A DNA stretch of 64,000 nucleotides from Blasia pusilla (lineage: Eukaryota): the NCBI GenBank assembly GCA_050084515.1, contig CM114271.1, positions 22,630,001-22,694,000 on the forward strand. The letters are read 5' to 3'. Shown here piece after piece: positions 39,721 to 52,559 of this stretch (positions within the stretch are counted from its first letter, which is position 1; each line of letters opens with the position of its first letter). The position numbers and the translations under genes are program-made. The notes beneath the pieces were generated by a model. That model worked only from the letters and a program-made list of their open reading frames with translations. It was not told where the DNA came from and ran no database searches.

Positions 39721-42700
39721 AGTAATTATTAATCAACTTTATAATTTCAAATTTTCATATGATATTATCCATTATGGAAGTATTCTCATTTCCATTCATT
39801 TGATAAAGCGCATTGCATGGGCAAAAAGTTACTATTATACTAGTAGATGATTTAAAATTTTATTATTCTTTAAAAGGATGAGTTTTTTCTCCTTGATTTT
39901 CAAACTTTCGTTGTGAGGGATTTCTAAGGACTATTTTGAAACAAAAATTAGATAATTTCATTTTATTACTTGAGAGATGGTGATTGGAAAAATAATGAAA
40001 ATTTCTTTCTTTATAAATTAATAAGGGAAAATTTATAATTTCATGATTATTCATATATTTAAGCAAACAATTATGTTGATTATTTATTTCTCAATTCTAT
40101 AATTTCAACACATGTCTAGTGTAATGCCTCCATTACATTGTCCTTTTTAAAAATACTTCATTTCCATCCATATGATTGAAGGCGTCGTAAGGAAAAATAA
40201 TTACTAGTTTAGATTACTATACCAATTGACTAGTATAAGTTCCATGCATGGGTATACATTACCTCCCATAATTAATTTCCATAATTTTTAAATATCATTT
40301 AAAATCAATTTCAAACGATTATGCTTAGTTCATAAGGTGATTGATCCCATTGTTTGAAAGTGTCAAGTGTCAAGAGAAAAGGAATTTGCAAAATGAAAAG
40401 ACATTCTCCAATGATAATATAGATTGTCTACTGCTAACGATGTTGTGATATACGAACTTTATATTATTCTTTGAGAGTTCAATTTTTGCAAACTTTTCTC
40501 TTTGAGACCCTTTCAGCCAATAAAATAGTTTACCTTCCTCACCAATTAATTTTTATGTTTTCTTAATTAATTAGATTATTCAAAATTTGATTTCAAATGA
40601 AACTCAAAAAATCAAAATTTAATTGCAAGAGGTAGTTGAAATTAAACACATACGAACTCATTGAAAATAAAAATACATCACAAATATATGATTTGTGAGT
40701 CATTAGAGGGTGTCATAATCACCCCTATCCGGGATTTTAGTGTTCCCGGATCTCTCCATTCGGGTACTTGCCGGATCCCAAACAGGTAGTTCCCGAGTTA
40801 TCGGTTTTGGCGCTCCCAGGAATAATCAATCATTCCCTCCCCGTTTGCATTTCTTCGCGGGTATCTCGTGCATCTAATACACGGACCCAACGCAAAACTG
40901 CCGACCCTCCTCTTTCCGGGCCGGCCCTCCTAAGCCGGAGGATTCCGGATACGCAGTAAATTGACACCCCTTATTATTACGTTCTCGCAAAGTTTTTCCC
41001 CGAAACCGTACTTTCCTTGTATTCATAGTGGCGGCCGGTCATTTTCAAAGGTTTCTCAATCGCGGCCGACGATTGGACACAGAATATAATACAAAAGCCT
41101 TTTCTTACCCCCGTTCTTAACCAGCGACTCATACAACGAAACGGTAATCTTGATTTCAACCTAAACGTCAATCCGTAGCCCACTGCTTGAGGGAGGGAAG
41201 GGAGGAGGGGGGGCCACCGGGGACTCGGAGAGTACCAGTCAACTGAGCACGTGTGTCACTCCGAGGTTTGCCAAACTTTGCTCCAGCGGCGGCCGGAAAG
41301 TGCCCACGAGAGACAAGGAGAAGTATGGGAGTAGGCGCCGCCGGTTTCATCCGGAGGAATGACGTGGCGCTTCACTGATGTCACGCGCCAGTCCAGCAGT
41401 GGCCAACCGCCTATACTAAAGTGACTAAACTCCCTTGCCCCTTCGCATCGCTTTCCCTGGTGCCCCCCAGGTATTTGCTTGAGTGGGCCCCCCCTAACTT
41501 TTCTTGCTTGGGCGGCTCTCTCCCCAAATCTATTGCTTGAGGGTCCATTCCGAATGCCACTTAGGATTCCTAACAAGCGTGCGGCCAAGAATAGATCTGG
41601 TTATGGAATTCTAAATGAATTTTTTAAAAATTTGAATTATGATCAGCCAGATTCAATAGGTGAAGAATAGGGAAGTTATTTACAAAAATATACAAAGACC
41701 ACAACATAGTTATTTGAGGATAGAGTCTACCCTTTAAGACAGGTAGTTAGATGCACTTCATTGGGTTGATGCAAGATATATAAGGGCTGATATTGAGGCA
41801 TAGTGGTATGTAGATGAAGTGTTTTAATTCATGTTGTTAAGGAGGTGGTTCTATAAGTAAGAATGGCACGTAATAAGATATGCTTAAAGCATAGTTGGCT
41901 GTTATAGTAAGTCTGAGAGTAATGATGCACCATGATGGGAAAGTATATTTGTGGTAATTAGGGTTAGAGCAATTCAATGCAATCACTTAAATGCAATGAA
42001 AAAATGAAGAATTGTGCATGAAGTGAGCCATCATTAATTTGAAGAGAACATGTTGCAAACATGCTCTCTTCAAATTGCAACAACAACATCTTAAGTAGAT
42101 TGAGATTTATGATATGTGGTACTTGTGATGAAAGAGAGAGATAATACATAGGTTTGCATCACTTGCTGATGTTCATGGGTCGGTCGTGAGTATGCAGTAA
42201 GCTTGTTAATGCATGTGAGTAAGCCTGTTAATGCACAGCTGAAGTGACTGGTGATGCAAGTAGTTATTTCACTTATCATAATTGAATGGACAAGTTCATT
42301 TGAAGGAACATGTGGAGGAAAGCACCAGTGCAGCCCCTAGATAGGAGATGAATGTTATGTATGTAAGTGTAGGTAAAGTAATACATAATAAGAACTAAAA
42401 TGCAAATAAGTTGTCCCTGGGCAATACAATAGAGATAATATTTTAGTAAAGCAATGGAAATACTGAAGAGCTAAGTGGTAGGCTACAAACTTCATGAGCA
42501 CTAATCTTTTCAATGGGCAACTCTGAAATACAATCAGCATTTGGAAAAAGCCAAGATGGAATAGTACCAGATGGCACAAAGAAGCTTGTTTAGCAGAAAC
42601 AGTCATAAGACAAGCTCTTTAAAATTCTACTCCATAAAATAGAAGTACACATAAAAAACTGACGAGGAATTATGAACTTTGAAAGTCTGCAGCTGCAGCT

Positions 42701-45589
42701 GAAGTTTTCAAGTAAATATGAGAGAGCTGCAGTTGAAGTTTTCAAGTAAAACAGGTTTGCTTATCACTAGCTAGGGTGGAAAATGCAGAGTTAACATTTC
42801 AGAAAAAAGATGCATACTAGCATCAATTGAGATAAGTGTGGGAATAAAATAGAAGTCGACATACCAAACTGATCATGTCTTTTAAAGGCTGAATTTGAGC
42901 CTGATCAATAGACATATGCAGTTGAAGTTTACAGCTAAAACATGTCGTCATAGCATCAACTGTACTGAAAAATGAAAAGCTAACATAACATGAGGAAGGT
43001 GCATATTAGCATCAGCTGATATACATCTGGGAATCACATGTCAAGAATATATTTCATTATTGCTTCTTGTTGTTCCATTGACTGATCTTGTGTAATATAA
43101 GGATGCATAGTTGAAACAAGAGATTTGAACTATGCTTTTGCTACATGTAATTTTTGGTGTGCTTCATCCAAAGCAAGAGTAGCTGCAAAAATTTCTGCCC
43201 GGGTTGAATGTAATGTTTCATTGAGAGCAGCAAGCTTGGAACAAGAAGTAGCGAATTTGTGTTTTGCTACAGCAAGGGCAAAGGAAATCCTTGTGTAAAC
43301 GTGAAGAGGCATTGAACCAGATGGTGTGACAGCAACTATTGTATATGCATATTGATAAACCTGAAGATTTGAACCAAGATTCATGCCATGAATTGTTGTT
43401 CGAACGTGAGCTGGGTTGTTGTTGCCTCTTCTAGGAGTTGCTCTCACTCTCATCTAATGCATCTGTACCATAACATGGAGAAAATGACACGAGAATGAAA
43501 CTACAAAAAAACAAGTTTGAAATAGGCAAATGAACATTGTAGATGCTAAAAATGAAGCAAATTGGGGATCTGAAAAATAGGACAAGTACACGATAGTGCA
43601 GGACATAGTACTCAAAAGAGTCCAAGACAACTTGGTGAGATGGACTTAAAAGTAACAATTCAAGAATTATATTGAGATCAAAAATTAGATTAGTTCAAGT
43701 GAATGATAAGTAAATGGATAGAAAGGAGAGGTCGATTGCAGCATATAAAAAAATCAGAGTTGAGCTTAATGCAAATGCATTTAAATACTGATAAAAGAGG
43801 AACCATATCAAGAACATAAGTAAATGAACTTGAAGGGAATGATAAGTAAGCTCAGAAAAGCATCAGATTGAGTGTAGTAAAAAAAAAACAAAATGAGAGC
43901 TGAGCTAACTAAATATAAAGTACTGAGGTTCATCTTAGCCCAGAGTGTTATTTGATTGTGAAACTTTGAGATATGCTCAACAGTAGGCGGATAACACTTG
44001 GCATGTGACAAAAATACAGTGTAGATTTAGGATAGTAATGGAAAGTAATGGATACTTTCCAGTTTTTCTAGATGAAGTAATACAAAGCTGTTCCTCCCTA
44101 ATACATAAGTAAAAAAAAAAAGATCTAGAAATGGACAAAAGGTTATCATTAAATTTATCTTGAGTTCTTCTGATGCATAATTATCAAAACTAAAGAGTTG
44201 TGAAATAAAAGGCAACACGTGCAAAATACTTGTGCTATAAGAAAACAAAATCTAACTGCAGTACGAAGTGACAATGCTCCTTAGTAGGTTGTGGGTAACA
44301 ACATGTGTTCATGCTCAAATTGTACTATTGTGTTTATGAACCTTCGTGGTGTAATTAGACCATCTTGTACAGAGATACAATCCAGATATTAGAACAGGGT
44401 ACTGAAAGGAATGATCAAAAGTGAGTAGTGCAGGTTTCAGAAGAAGTTTATGGTAGGTAGGAGTTGGACTTCCTAAGATGTGCATTTGCGCTTGCTGGGG
44501 GAATGGAGAGTAGAATTGTTCTCATAGCCAGAGTTGGAGCCAGAGGCAAAATCAGCTGGATTACCCTACTGAAATTCATCCTTAGGTTCAGTGGGTGAAT
44601 GTGATCCGGGGATATGAGATAAGATGATGACATCATCAAACTTAGGTAATGCAAGGAAATGATTGGGGTTGTCAACATCAATAGGTAATGGCTCAAACTC
44701 GGGTAACTTTCCATTATCTTGAGCTACTTTCATTCTTTCACTTAATTGGCTGGCCTTTGTTGAAGAGAGCTCAAGCAGCATCTTCATAGGTAAATGCATT
44801 TGGTGTCTAAGTGTTCTCAACTCGTCTAGCTTGATTCCTCATGAGATTATGTTGAAGAGTCTTCCTACGTCCTTTCTCGTGAGAGTAGTCTCCTTAAAGT
44901 CCACATTCTTGAACTTCAAGGCTTCTTTCTAAATGCCTGGCCAAAGAAATTCAGAAGTAAAGCATTAGTGTGTTGAGTAGATGTGTAGGTATGCATGTAA
45001 TGGATGTGAGAAAAAATAAAAAGAATTAATGAGCTGATGAGAAGTACCTGACGTAGGCGCATTCTTATTGATATGAAAAAATTTGGAATCCCAGATGTGC
45101 CCTGGTTGATGAGTGACTGAATTTTCCTTCCAGTAACTCCATGTTCCTAGAAGGCAAGAACCAAGCCTAGGTTATCCATGTACTTTATTTGATTCTCAGT
45201 CGGGAAGATGAATTGTGGCTTGTATTCCTCAGGTTCAGACTTGATATCACTGAAGATCATGATTGCAAAATCAAGGTAGCTTGAAGGCATATGGCAACAA
45301 GAGGTTAGAAGAGAATTTAGATAAACTAGGAAGGCAAGGTGCACAGGGGTTAGGAGAGTACCTCTGGTGTGTCCCTCTCCTGTGGGTGATGGTTATTTTC
45401 AGACTGCACAACTGGTAGTGGATTTGGATTAGGTTCATGTTCAAATAGTGGGAGTTGCGCTTGTTGTAGGACTTGAGATGAAACTCATCCAACACGTCCC
45501 CTTCTTGAGCTGGCTGGGGATAACATCTTGCAAAAGCTGCAATTAGAACTCAACATGTTATGTGTGTTAATCCAGAACAGAGAAATCAG

Positions 45590-46794
45590 AAGGCTGAAGC
45601 ATACCCAGTATTCGGAGCTTGCTTCTGGTTTTAACACGTGACAACATAACATATGCTAGGTCGTAGGCAAATATAGACTGAATAACTAATAAACATGGCC
45701 AACTATTGTGGATCCGTGATTTTTGTGAGCTATCACGGCATAACCTAAAACTAGAGGAAAGGTCCTTTTAGTGTACTTCTGAGTTGAATGGTACCTCAGT
45801 GTAGAAAAGTTGGTCCTAGTAATTGCAACAGATGCTGTTTGAATCAAGCTTGACAATAATTTTAACTAGGACATTTCCCTCATAAAAAGATCAGATATTG
45901 AACCAATAGAGCCATTTGCTGCTTGCATCTTTAAGTTTACATTCGAAGTCAGCATAACTTTGCAATGCTTAGCAATAAAATTTAGTTGATGGAAAGAAGA
46001 ATCATTGATCCAAGACGTGAATTGAGTAGATGAAGGTGCATCAGTAAGTACATCAACCTTAACAATGGAAGCATCATCAAAGATCCTCCTTAATGCAAGC
46101 AAGTTAAAAATTGATACATCTTTGCACTGCCTACAAATGATTGTTGTATCTGATGATACATAATCAGTTACCTCATTCTCAGAGAGAAAGCAAGGTCCAA
46201 GGCAGTCAAGTATCTGAGATTCAGTTGGTATGGTTGTCTTGATTGATTTCAGAAAAGTACTAAAAGGAGGATCTTTAGAGTGTCGCATAGATGTACTAAT
46301 TTGGTACAATTTAGTAGATGTGAACAAGGGTGAGGAGATGATATAGGAGTTTCTGCAATACGAAAAAGTCCTATGATTGCACATAGGTGGTAATTAACAA
46401 GGATCCCCAACTAGTACTAATAGCTTCCTAGCAAAAGGTTTGGTAACAACACCGTGTGAGACTTCATGCATACGCATAGCTATAACTTGGAGGAGTTTGC
46501 ACGTTAGCATTGAGAACTCGTCAATGAAAAAAACCTCAGCAAATCTAAGTCTAATGTAAGAATATGAAGTAGCATGCATTGCTGGTAGATCACCACGAAT
46601 GAGAATAGCAAATGCTGAATAAACTGTAGTTGCTTGTGAATGGAGACAAATAGTTGCAATACATGTTGTTGCACTTAGTAGCGGAACCAAGACTTGGAAG
46701 ACTTGTACTTGTACATGAATTGTATAAAGAAGGATTTTCCACAACTAGGAGGTCCTGAGAGGAAAGTATGGCTTGCAGCGGGGATAGTTGAGGG
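45590..46794 (-). pseudogene. PIF1-like SF1B helicase pseudogene (cellular-type motifs, no adjacent Rep seen)
   Basis: Walker A HTFLSGPPSCGKS (about 46735-46775), FFIDEFSML, LLVLVGDP, VMLTSNVNLKMQAANGSIG and KRTFPLVLGYAVIAHK. Confidence 0.82.
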
Positions 46795-47344
46795 AGTGGG
46801 ACCTACATTTTCCATGGTTGGCTATGGGTTATCGCTTTAGTCGGCAAGCATCCTTGGCGTCATTTTCACCGTACTTTTTGCTCTTTGGGAGAGAACCAGA
46901 TTTACCTGCAGCGATTTGATGTGACATTGCAAAGGTGTTAGATCTTGATGATCCAGATGTGTGGCTACAAGCATGTTCTCAGAGGGCGAAGGTTTTTCGT
47001 AGAGTTATGCCTATGGCCTTTGAGAACTTAGCTATTGCTCAACATAGAGATACATTGAGGTACGCGACCATTTGGGGAGGAGGTTTTTGTCTAGGGATTA
47101 GGAGGTTTCATCCTGGAGATTATATGTATTTACAACAGGTGGCACCTACGACGCTAGATGTCACTATAGGGCGCACGATCCTACGTGTGTGCAAGGTATT
47201 ATCCACCGGAGTCCTCATGTTGGAGGGATGGGATGGTATGGTTTGGAAGGATCATGTGCTCAATTGTGCACCATATCATCTTCCGAACGTAGACGCGATA
47301 GTGGATTCGAGCTTGGCAGTGGTACCTGTAGGCTTGAGGTGTAT
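46795..47344 (+). mobile_element. Isolated integrase C-terminal fragment of the MTase-Gypsy family
   Basis: EWDLHFPWLAMGYRFSRQASL...MPMAFENLAIAQHRDTLRY...NCAPYHLP...LRCML, cut at the start of the PHD. Flanked by GTTGAGGG at 46787-46794 and 47345-47352. Confidence 0.85.
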
Positions 47345-47584
47345 GTTGAGGGTGGATATACTTGCATGAATGTGTCCACAGAGGAATTGTCAAATGTATG
47401 AGTGATATTCATGACCTCATTAAGTCCCATGCACTTTGAAATTTCAGGATCCAGCTTCATGAAGTTGAGATTCTTGTTAAAGCTACAAGTATACTACAAG
47501 TTGGGCTATCAATTGATTTAACCACCATGTTTTCTGTGCACCTACTATTGAACATGCACCAGAATTATTTCAAGATGCACAAGA

Positions 47585-48250
47585 CCCATCCGCCTCAGGA
47601 TGATCTCTGGACGTGGTGCGGTGATCTATCAGCGCCTGATCACACAAGGCCTAAAACTCTCCCTTGAACTCGGTACCGTGGTCAGTCAACACCTCCTCCG
47701 GTGCACCAAAGTGACTAAGCACACAATCTAGAAATGCATAAGCTGTTTCCTGGCTTGCCTTGTCCTGTAGTGCCACCAACTCTATCCACTTGGAGAAATG
47801 CTCCACCATGACCAACATGTGTCTATGATGACGCCCCGTCAATGGCAAAGGTCCCGCAAAGTCGAAAATCCATCGATAACCTAAACCCATAATCGGAAAA
47901 GGATGTAACTGCGGAGTGGGAGCATTGAAGGATGCTCGCACTTTGTCACATACCATACATCTGGCCACAAACTGTTGTATCCTAGTATGCATGCCGCGCC
48001 ACTATTACTGAATCTGGAGTAAGCTGTAAGTACGCTTCACTCCAAAATGTCCCAACTCCTCATGGGCATGTTGCACTACACGTGCTTGCTGGGAAGGATA
48101 AGGTACCACTCGTATCCTACCATCTCCCCATACCCGTAAAATGTGAGTCCCCTCCCACTTGAACCTCCTGGCTCTCTATAGGATCCGATCCCGCTCCCTA
48201 GCACTCACTGTGCTCGCTATGATGCCAGTGCGCAAGAACTCCACAACCTA
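47585..48250 (-). pseudogene. Integrase of copy B (zinc finger and core, 3'-truncated)
   Basis: HAHEELGHFG...CMVC, DFAGPLP, VLTDHGTEFKGEF and TTSRDHPEADG. Confidence 0.9.
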
Positions 48251-48535
48251 TACATTGTCATGGATATCACGACCACCTGTCGCCTCCTCACTGACCTCCG
48301 GATCCAAAGACTCATCATCCAACCCCACCACTGAAGTCATCACCTGTGGCTGACCTGCCATAGTCAACCAACAAAGATAGGCAGATGCATGCCAACCGAG
48401 CACCATCTACTCATCACTCTCTCCGTGCCATCGAGCTCCTGTGTCGTCTCTCTGACTCGGACATGGGTTACGACTCAACCCATCCGCATCCTGGTTCAGC
48501 CGACTTGGCCTATGAACCACCTCAAACTCATACTC

Positions 48536-49903
48536 CTATAGTAATAGAGCCCACATGGCAAGCTTTCCCGTAAGCTTGTTGGACTCCATCAACCACCTCA
48601 ACGGCTGATGATCAGTGATAAGTGTGAAAGGGTTTCCAAATAAATAGCACTTGAAATGTGCCATGGCCCACACTGTAGCCAAGCACTCTCCCTCATAGGA
48701 GCTGTACTTTGCCTCTGCAATGTTGTTCAATCGGCTCGCGTAAGCCACAACAAACTTCCTCTCCTTGTAATCCCTTTGAGTAAGCACTGCTCCTAGACCC
48801 AACATGCTCCAATCCGTATGTAACTGGAATGGGCAACCCCTAATCAGTCTCTGTAAAATGGGTGAGGACGTCAATCTATCCTTGAGATCCTGAAATGCTT
48901 GCTCATGATCATCTCCCCACAACCAAACCAGATCAAGTCTCGTCAACAAGGTCAAAGACTTTGCAATCGCACTAAAACCCTTGACATACCGTCGATAGAA
49001 GTTTGCAAGGCCAAGAAATGCTTGGACTCGACTCACATATGTAGGGCGTGGAATCTGCGCAATAGCCTCTACCTTCGTCTGCTGAACGCCTAACCCACTC
49101 GGGTATATGGTGTGTCCCAAATACTCAATCTGCTCCTGAAAGAATTTGCACTTTCTTGGATGTAACTTCAGTCCATGTAACTGCAATGGCCGAAACACCA
49201 CCTCCAGGTGTCGCTCATGCTCCTCAACCGTGGAACTGAAGATAAGAATATCATCTATGTAACATTGTGCAAACTCCAAGCTAGCCAGAATCCTATCCAT
49301 CACTCTCTGAAACTCTGCAGGCGCGTTCTTCAACCCAAATGGTAAGAACCGCCACAGATACAAGCAATCTCTCCGGAACCAATCTATCCCCCAGAATGTT
49401 GTCTTCTCCCTATCCTCCAGCCTGATAGGAAGCTGATGATAGCCAACACGGAGATATAAAGTACTTAAGATCTTTGCATGCCCTACCGCATCAAAGATCT
49501 CCTTAGGAGTAGGCATGGCGTACCGATTTGACTTCGTCTGTCGGTTGATAGGATGGTAATCTCCACATATCCGCCTATCCGTCCAATTTCCATACATATC
49601 CTTCTTCGCCGGCATGACTGTGGCAGATGCATACTCCCCATGTGATAACTCCACAAGTCCTGCCTCCAACAAGTCTTGCCTCCTGCTCTAAATCAAGGCT
49701 CGCTCCATATCACAATACCTGTAGGGTCGACAAAAGATCGGCGTATCACTAGCCAACTCAATCTGTATCCCGGGACCCTTCAGCGTACCCAAGTCTCTCA
49801 TACTGAACGCAAAATGACTGACATGCCCTCTCAGAAACCTATGAACTCGTCGTCGCTCTCCTCCTATCAACTTGAGACCTATCACAGGCTCCCAAGTCTC
49901 CAT
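48536..49903 (-). pseudogene. Reverse transcriptase and RNase H of copy B (378-aa open segment)
   Basis: RICGDYHPIN, LPFGLKNAPAEFQR and YIDD. RNase H LHTDWS...EGECLA...TDHQPL. Confidence 0.95.
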
Positions 49904-50209
49904 TGTGACCTCACTCTAAGAGGACGCAACCTCCGACTTGTGTTGCTATGTAGCAATCCTAGCTACCTCCGCAACAACCACTCCACTCTGACCTCCTACA
50001 CCATGCTCCACATCCAAAAAATGAACATGTGCTACTCTGGCCGCCTTCGCACTCTCTGCTCGAACGACGTCCCAAGAAGTCCATGGGTGCCTATCTCTCT
50101 TCGTCTCGCCCCCAGCCAATTCTTGTACAGACCTTGTAGGCAATGGTCCAACTTGTGGACATGAGGGCATGTATGACACTCGCATCCGTCTCTGCTCAAC
50201 CATACCTAG

Positions 50210-51170
50210 GCTGACTATCCATGTGAGACAGTTGAGGTCCATTGCTTGCCCCAACACCTATCTCCGGAATGCCTTAGTCATCCTTGGCACCGCCGTAGTA
50301 CCGATAGCGAACCCCATGGCGCGATCGCGCTCATCTGTTGTAGGCTCCTCCAATGCTCTGGTCACCTCATCCCAAATCATGCCTGGCCTTCGTTGACGAA
50401 AGGCATGGGATGCTGGGAAGCTCACCAATGTAGGTAAGGCTGCCCTCAACTCCCCCACCCTATTGGCGATGGCCAATGGTGGTCTATCATCCCGTGTCAC
50501 CACCAGAGATCAACGACTTGAGCCCAAAATAGCATCCACTTTGAGATGTGGTGCTCTCTGGACTCCATCGTATGCTCGACTCAGTACCTCTGATGGTATC
50601 AAGTTTGTCCATCACAATCGTGGACGATGGGCAGGTGATCCAACTCTCGCTGCATCTAACAACACAGCAGGTCCCAACCAAGACCTCACCTGATGCACAC
50701 TCGTCATCACACATGCACGAGTGTCTCCCAACAACGACACGTTCTCCAAAATGTACGTTGGAGATCATGTCGGACTCTCTTGCTAGTGTCGTACTACTCG
50801 CAGCATCTCCCAAAATATCCCCGACCTCGGATCCTGCAATCCAAATCCTCGTCCAGCTGATGAATGACCTTGACATGGCCATCCAGCCATCACCAAATGA
50901 ATGGTGCCAACTCTATCCAGATCCTGCGCCCCCACCAAAGAGATGTCGGCGGGTAGTGTATGTTGATATCCCCATACTGCAGATGCCGGCAACAACTGAG
51001 GATACCTTTGGACCAATCTCGCCACGTGACGTAATGATACTCGTTGCACGGTCTCATCTCTCTCCCCATAAACGTACTCATGCATCTGCATGCCCGCCTG
51101 AAATACTGCAGCCAATCTGGTGCTAATCCCTCCGAAGAGATCTAACACCCTAATACCCTCCTTTGGGCAC
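50210..51170 (-). pseudogene. C5 cytosine DNA methyltransferase domain (Dnmt3-like) of copy B
   Basis: Motif I IRVLDLFGG, II YGERD, IV AGWPCQGHS (catalytic Cys), VI YILENV, VIII AHRPRL*WTN, IX DERDRAMGF, X RR*VLGQAM. In canonical order and one frame, with internal stops. Confidence 0.93.
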
Positions 51171-51274
51171 TGCCACACAACAAGTGTGGTATCCTGTGGG
51201 TTCAACGTCTCCACTCCAAGAGCCCAATTGCCACATGACTCTCGCTGCTCCCGGATAAAGGCATGACTCCACGC

Positions 51275-52036
51275 CTATCTCACGAGGTTGTCGGTACTCC
51301 TTTGTAGCTCTGGAGTTATACCCCACAATGGTGAAGAGGTCTCGCCAATATGGGAAGAGACACCCGCCATGGCTAGTCTCTTCGTGGGACTATCCGCTAT
51401 TGGGACATCCTCCGCAAGTGCATTCCCCTCCAATAACTCTCTTGGCCAGCTAACACTACTTGTGAAAGTTGCCAACATGGTCACAGACTCGCCTTGTGAT
51501 CGACCACCTCGTCCCGCAAACTGCACGGGTAACTGACTCATCCGCCCGTCACCTGACCGCCATCCTGGCCGATAAGCAACGGTCTCCTCCCAGAAGTCAA
51601 GGATGAATCCTAGGGGATATAACACTCTACTCCCCACCAACACATCATACGACTCAGCCGGTGTCGTAATCGCACGTGTGCGCACCATAGCACTATCCGT
51701 CGCATCCTCTAGCTGGACTCTTACAACTATCTCCTGTTGAGTCATATATTGCGTGGGTGACACGCCCCCAATCGAGGTTTGTATCTGGAAGGGACAAGGC
51801 TCAATGTCGGCCTTCCGTAACCCCAACGCTAAACACGTCGCCTTCCCTAACATCAAGGGATGCGCTCCTGAATCAAGTAGGACACGTTGCCGGTGGTATA
51901 TCGTCCCCGTGGGACTAACCAAGAAAAATACTCTAGCTCGGTTATCCAGTAACACTACTCCAGATGTCACCATTGCTCTCGCTCTATGGCCGGTCGAGCT
52001 GGCATATCTACCAACTTTGCCGCCGCCGTATGCCAT
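51275..52036 (-). pseudogene. Retroviral-type aspartic protease of copy B
   Basis: RVLLDSGAHPLML...YDVLVGS. In frame with the downstream MTase across one TAG. Confidence 0.88.
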
Positions 52037-52559
52037 GACTATGTGGGAAACGTCCCGAGCACCGACTTTGAGGGCAAGTCCACCACCTCGTCAACTACCC
52101 CTAAACAAGAAGCAGTCACCTCTCCACCCTCACACAATGTTGCCGCCAGCCGGAACACCTCAACTGGTCCAACTCCCAACGTCGCCAACTCTATGGTGGA
52201 AAATAGTGGAGTGTGACTCAATCTGGTGGCCACCTCCAACACTATGCTCGACACTGACTCCACTCGAGTCAGCATAGGAGTTTTCACTCCAACTCCTTGT
52301 GATGTCGACATACCTCCCTGAGCTATAGATACCGTTGGTCGTCGAGGCACCATCGATGGTGTGTGTAGTACCTCCGACAATGTGAATGATTGTGGAACCC
52401 TGACCTGCCGCCCATTGGTCCTCTCTAGTGGGTCAATCTCAACTCCACCTCTCGATGGCTCGATGGCTCTCCCAGCACCCCGAGTCACCACTGCAGCTCC
52501 CTCAACGTGGGTTGCACTACACATAAACCCCATACTACCCCTCACCTGGGTCACGGTAA

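Noticed and set aside
50548-51126. 192-aa plus-strand ORF and other antisense ORFs over copies B and C
   Set aside because: Shadow frames of the pol coding strand with no motifs.
50210-51170. MTase as a host DNMT3/DRM gene or a bacterial restriction-modification contaminant
   Set aside because: It is intronless, in frame with protease and RT, and at the same position in three retroelement copies.
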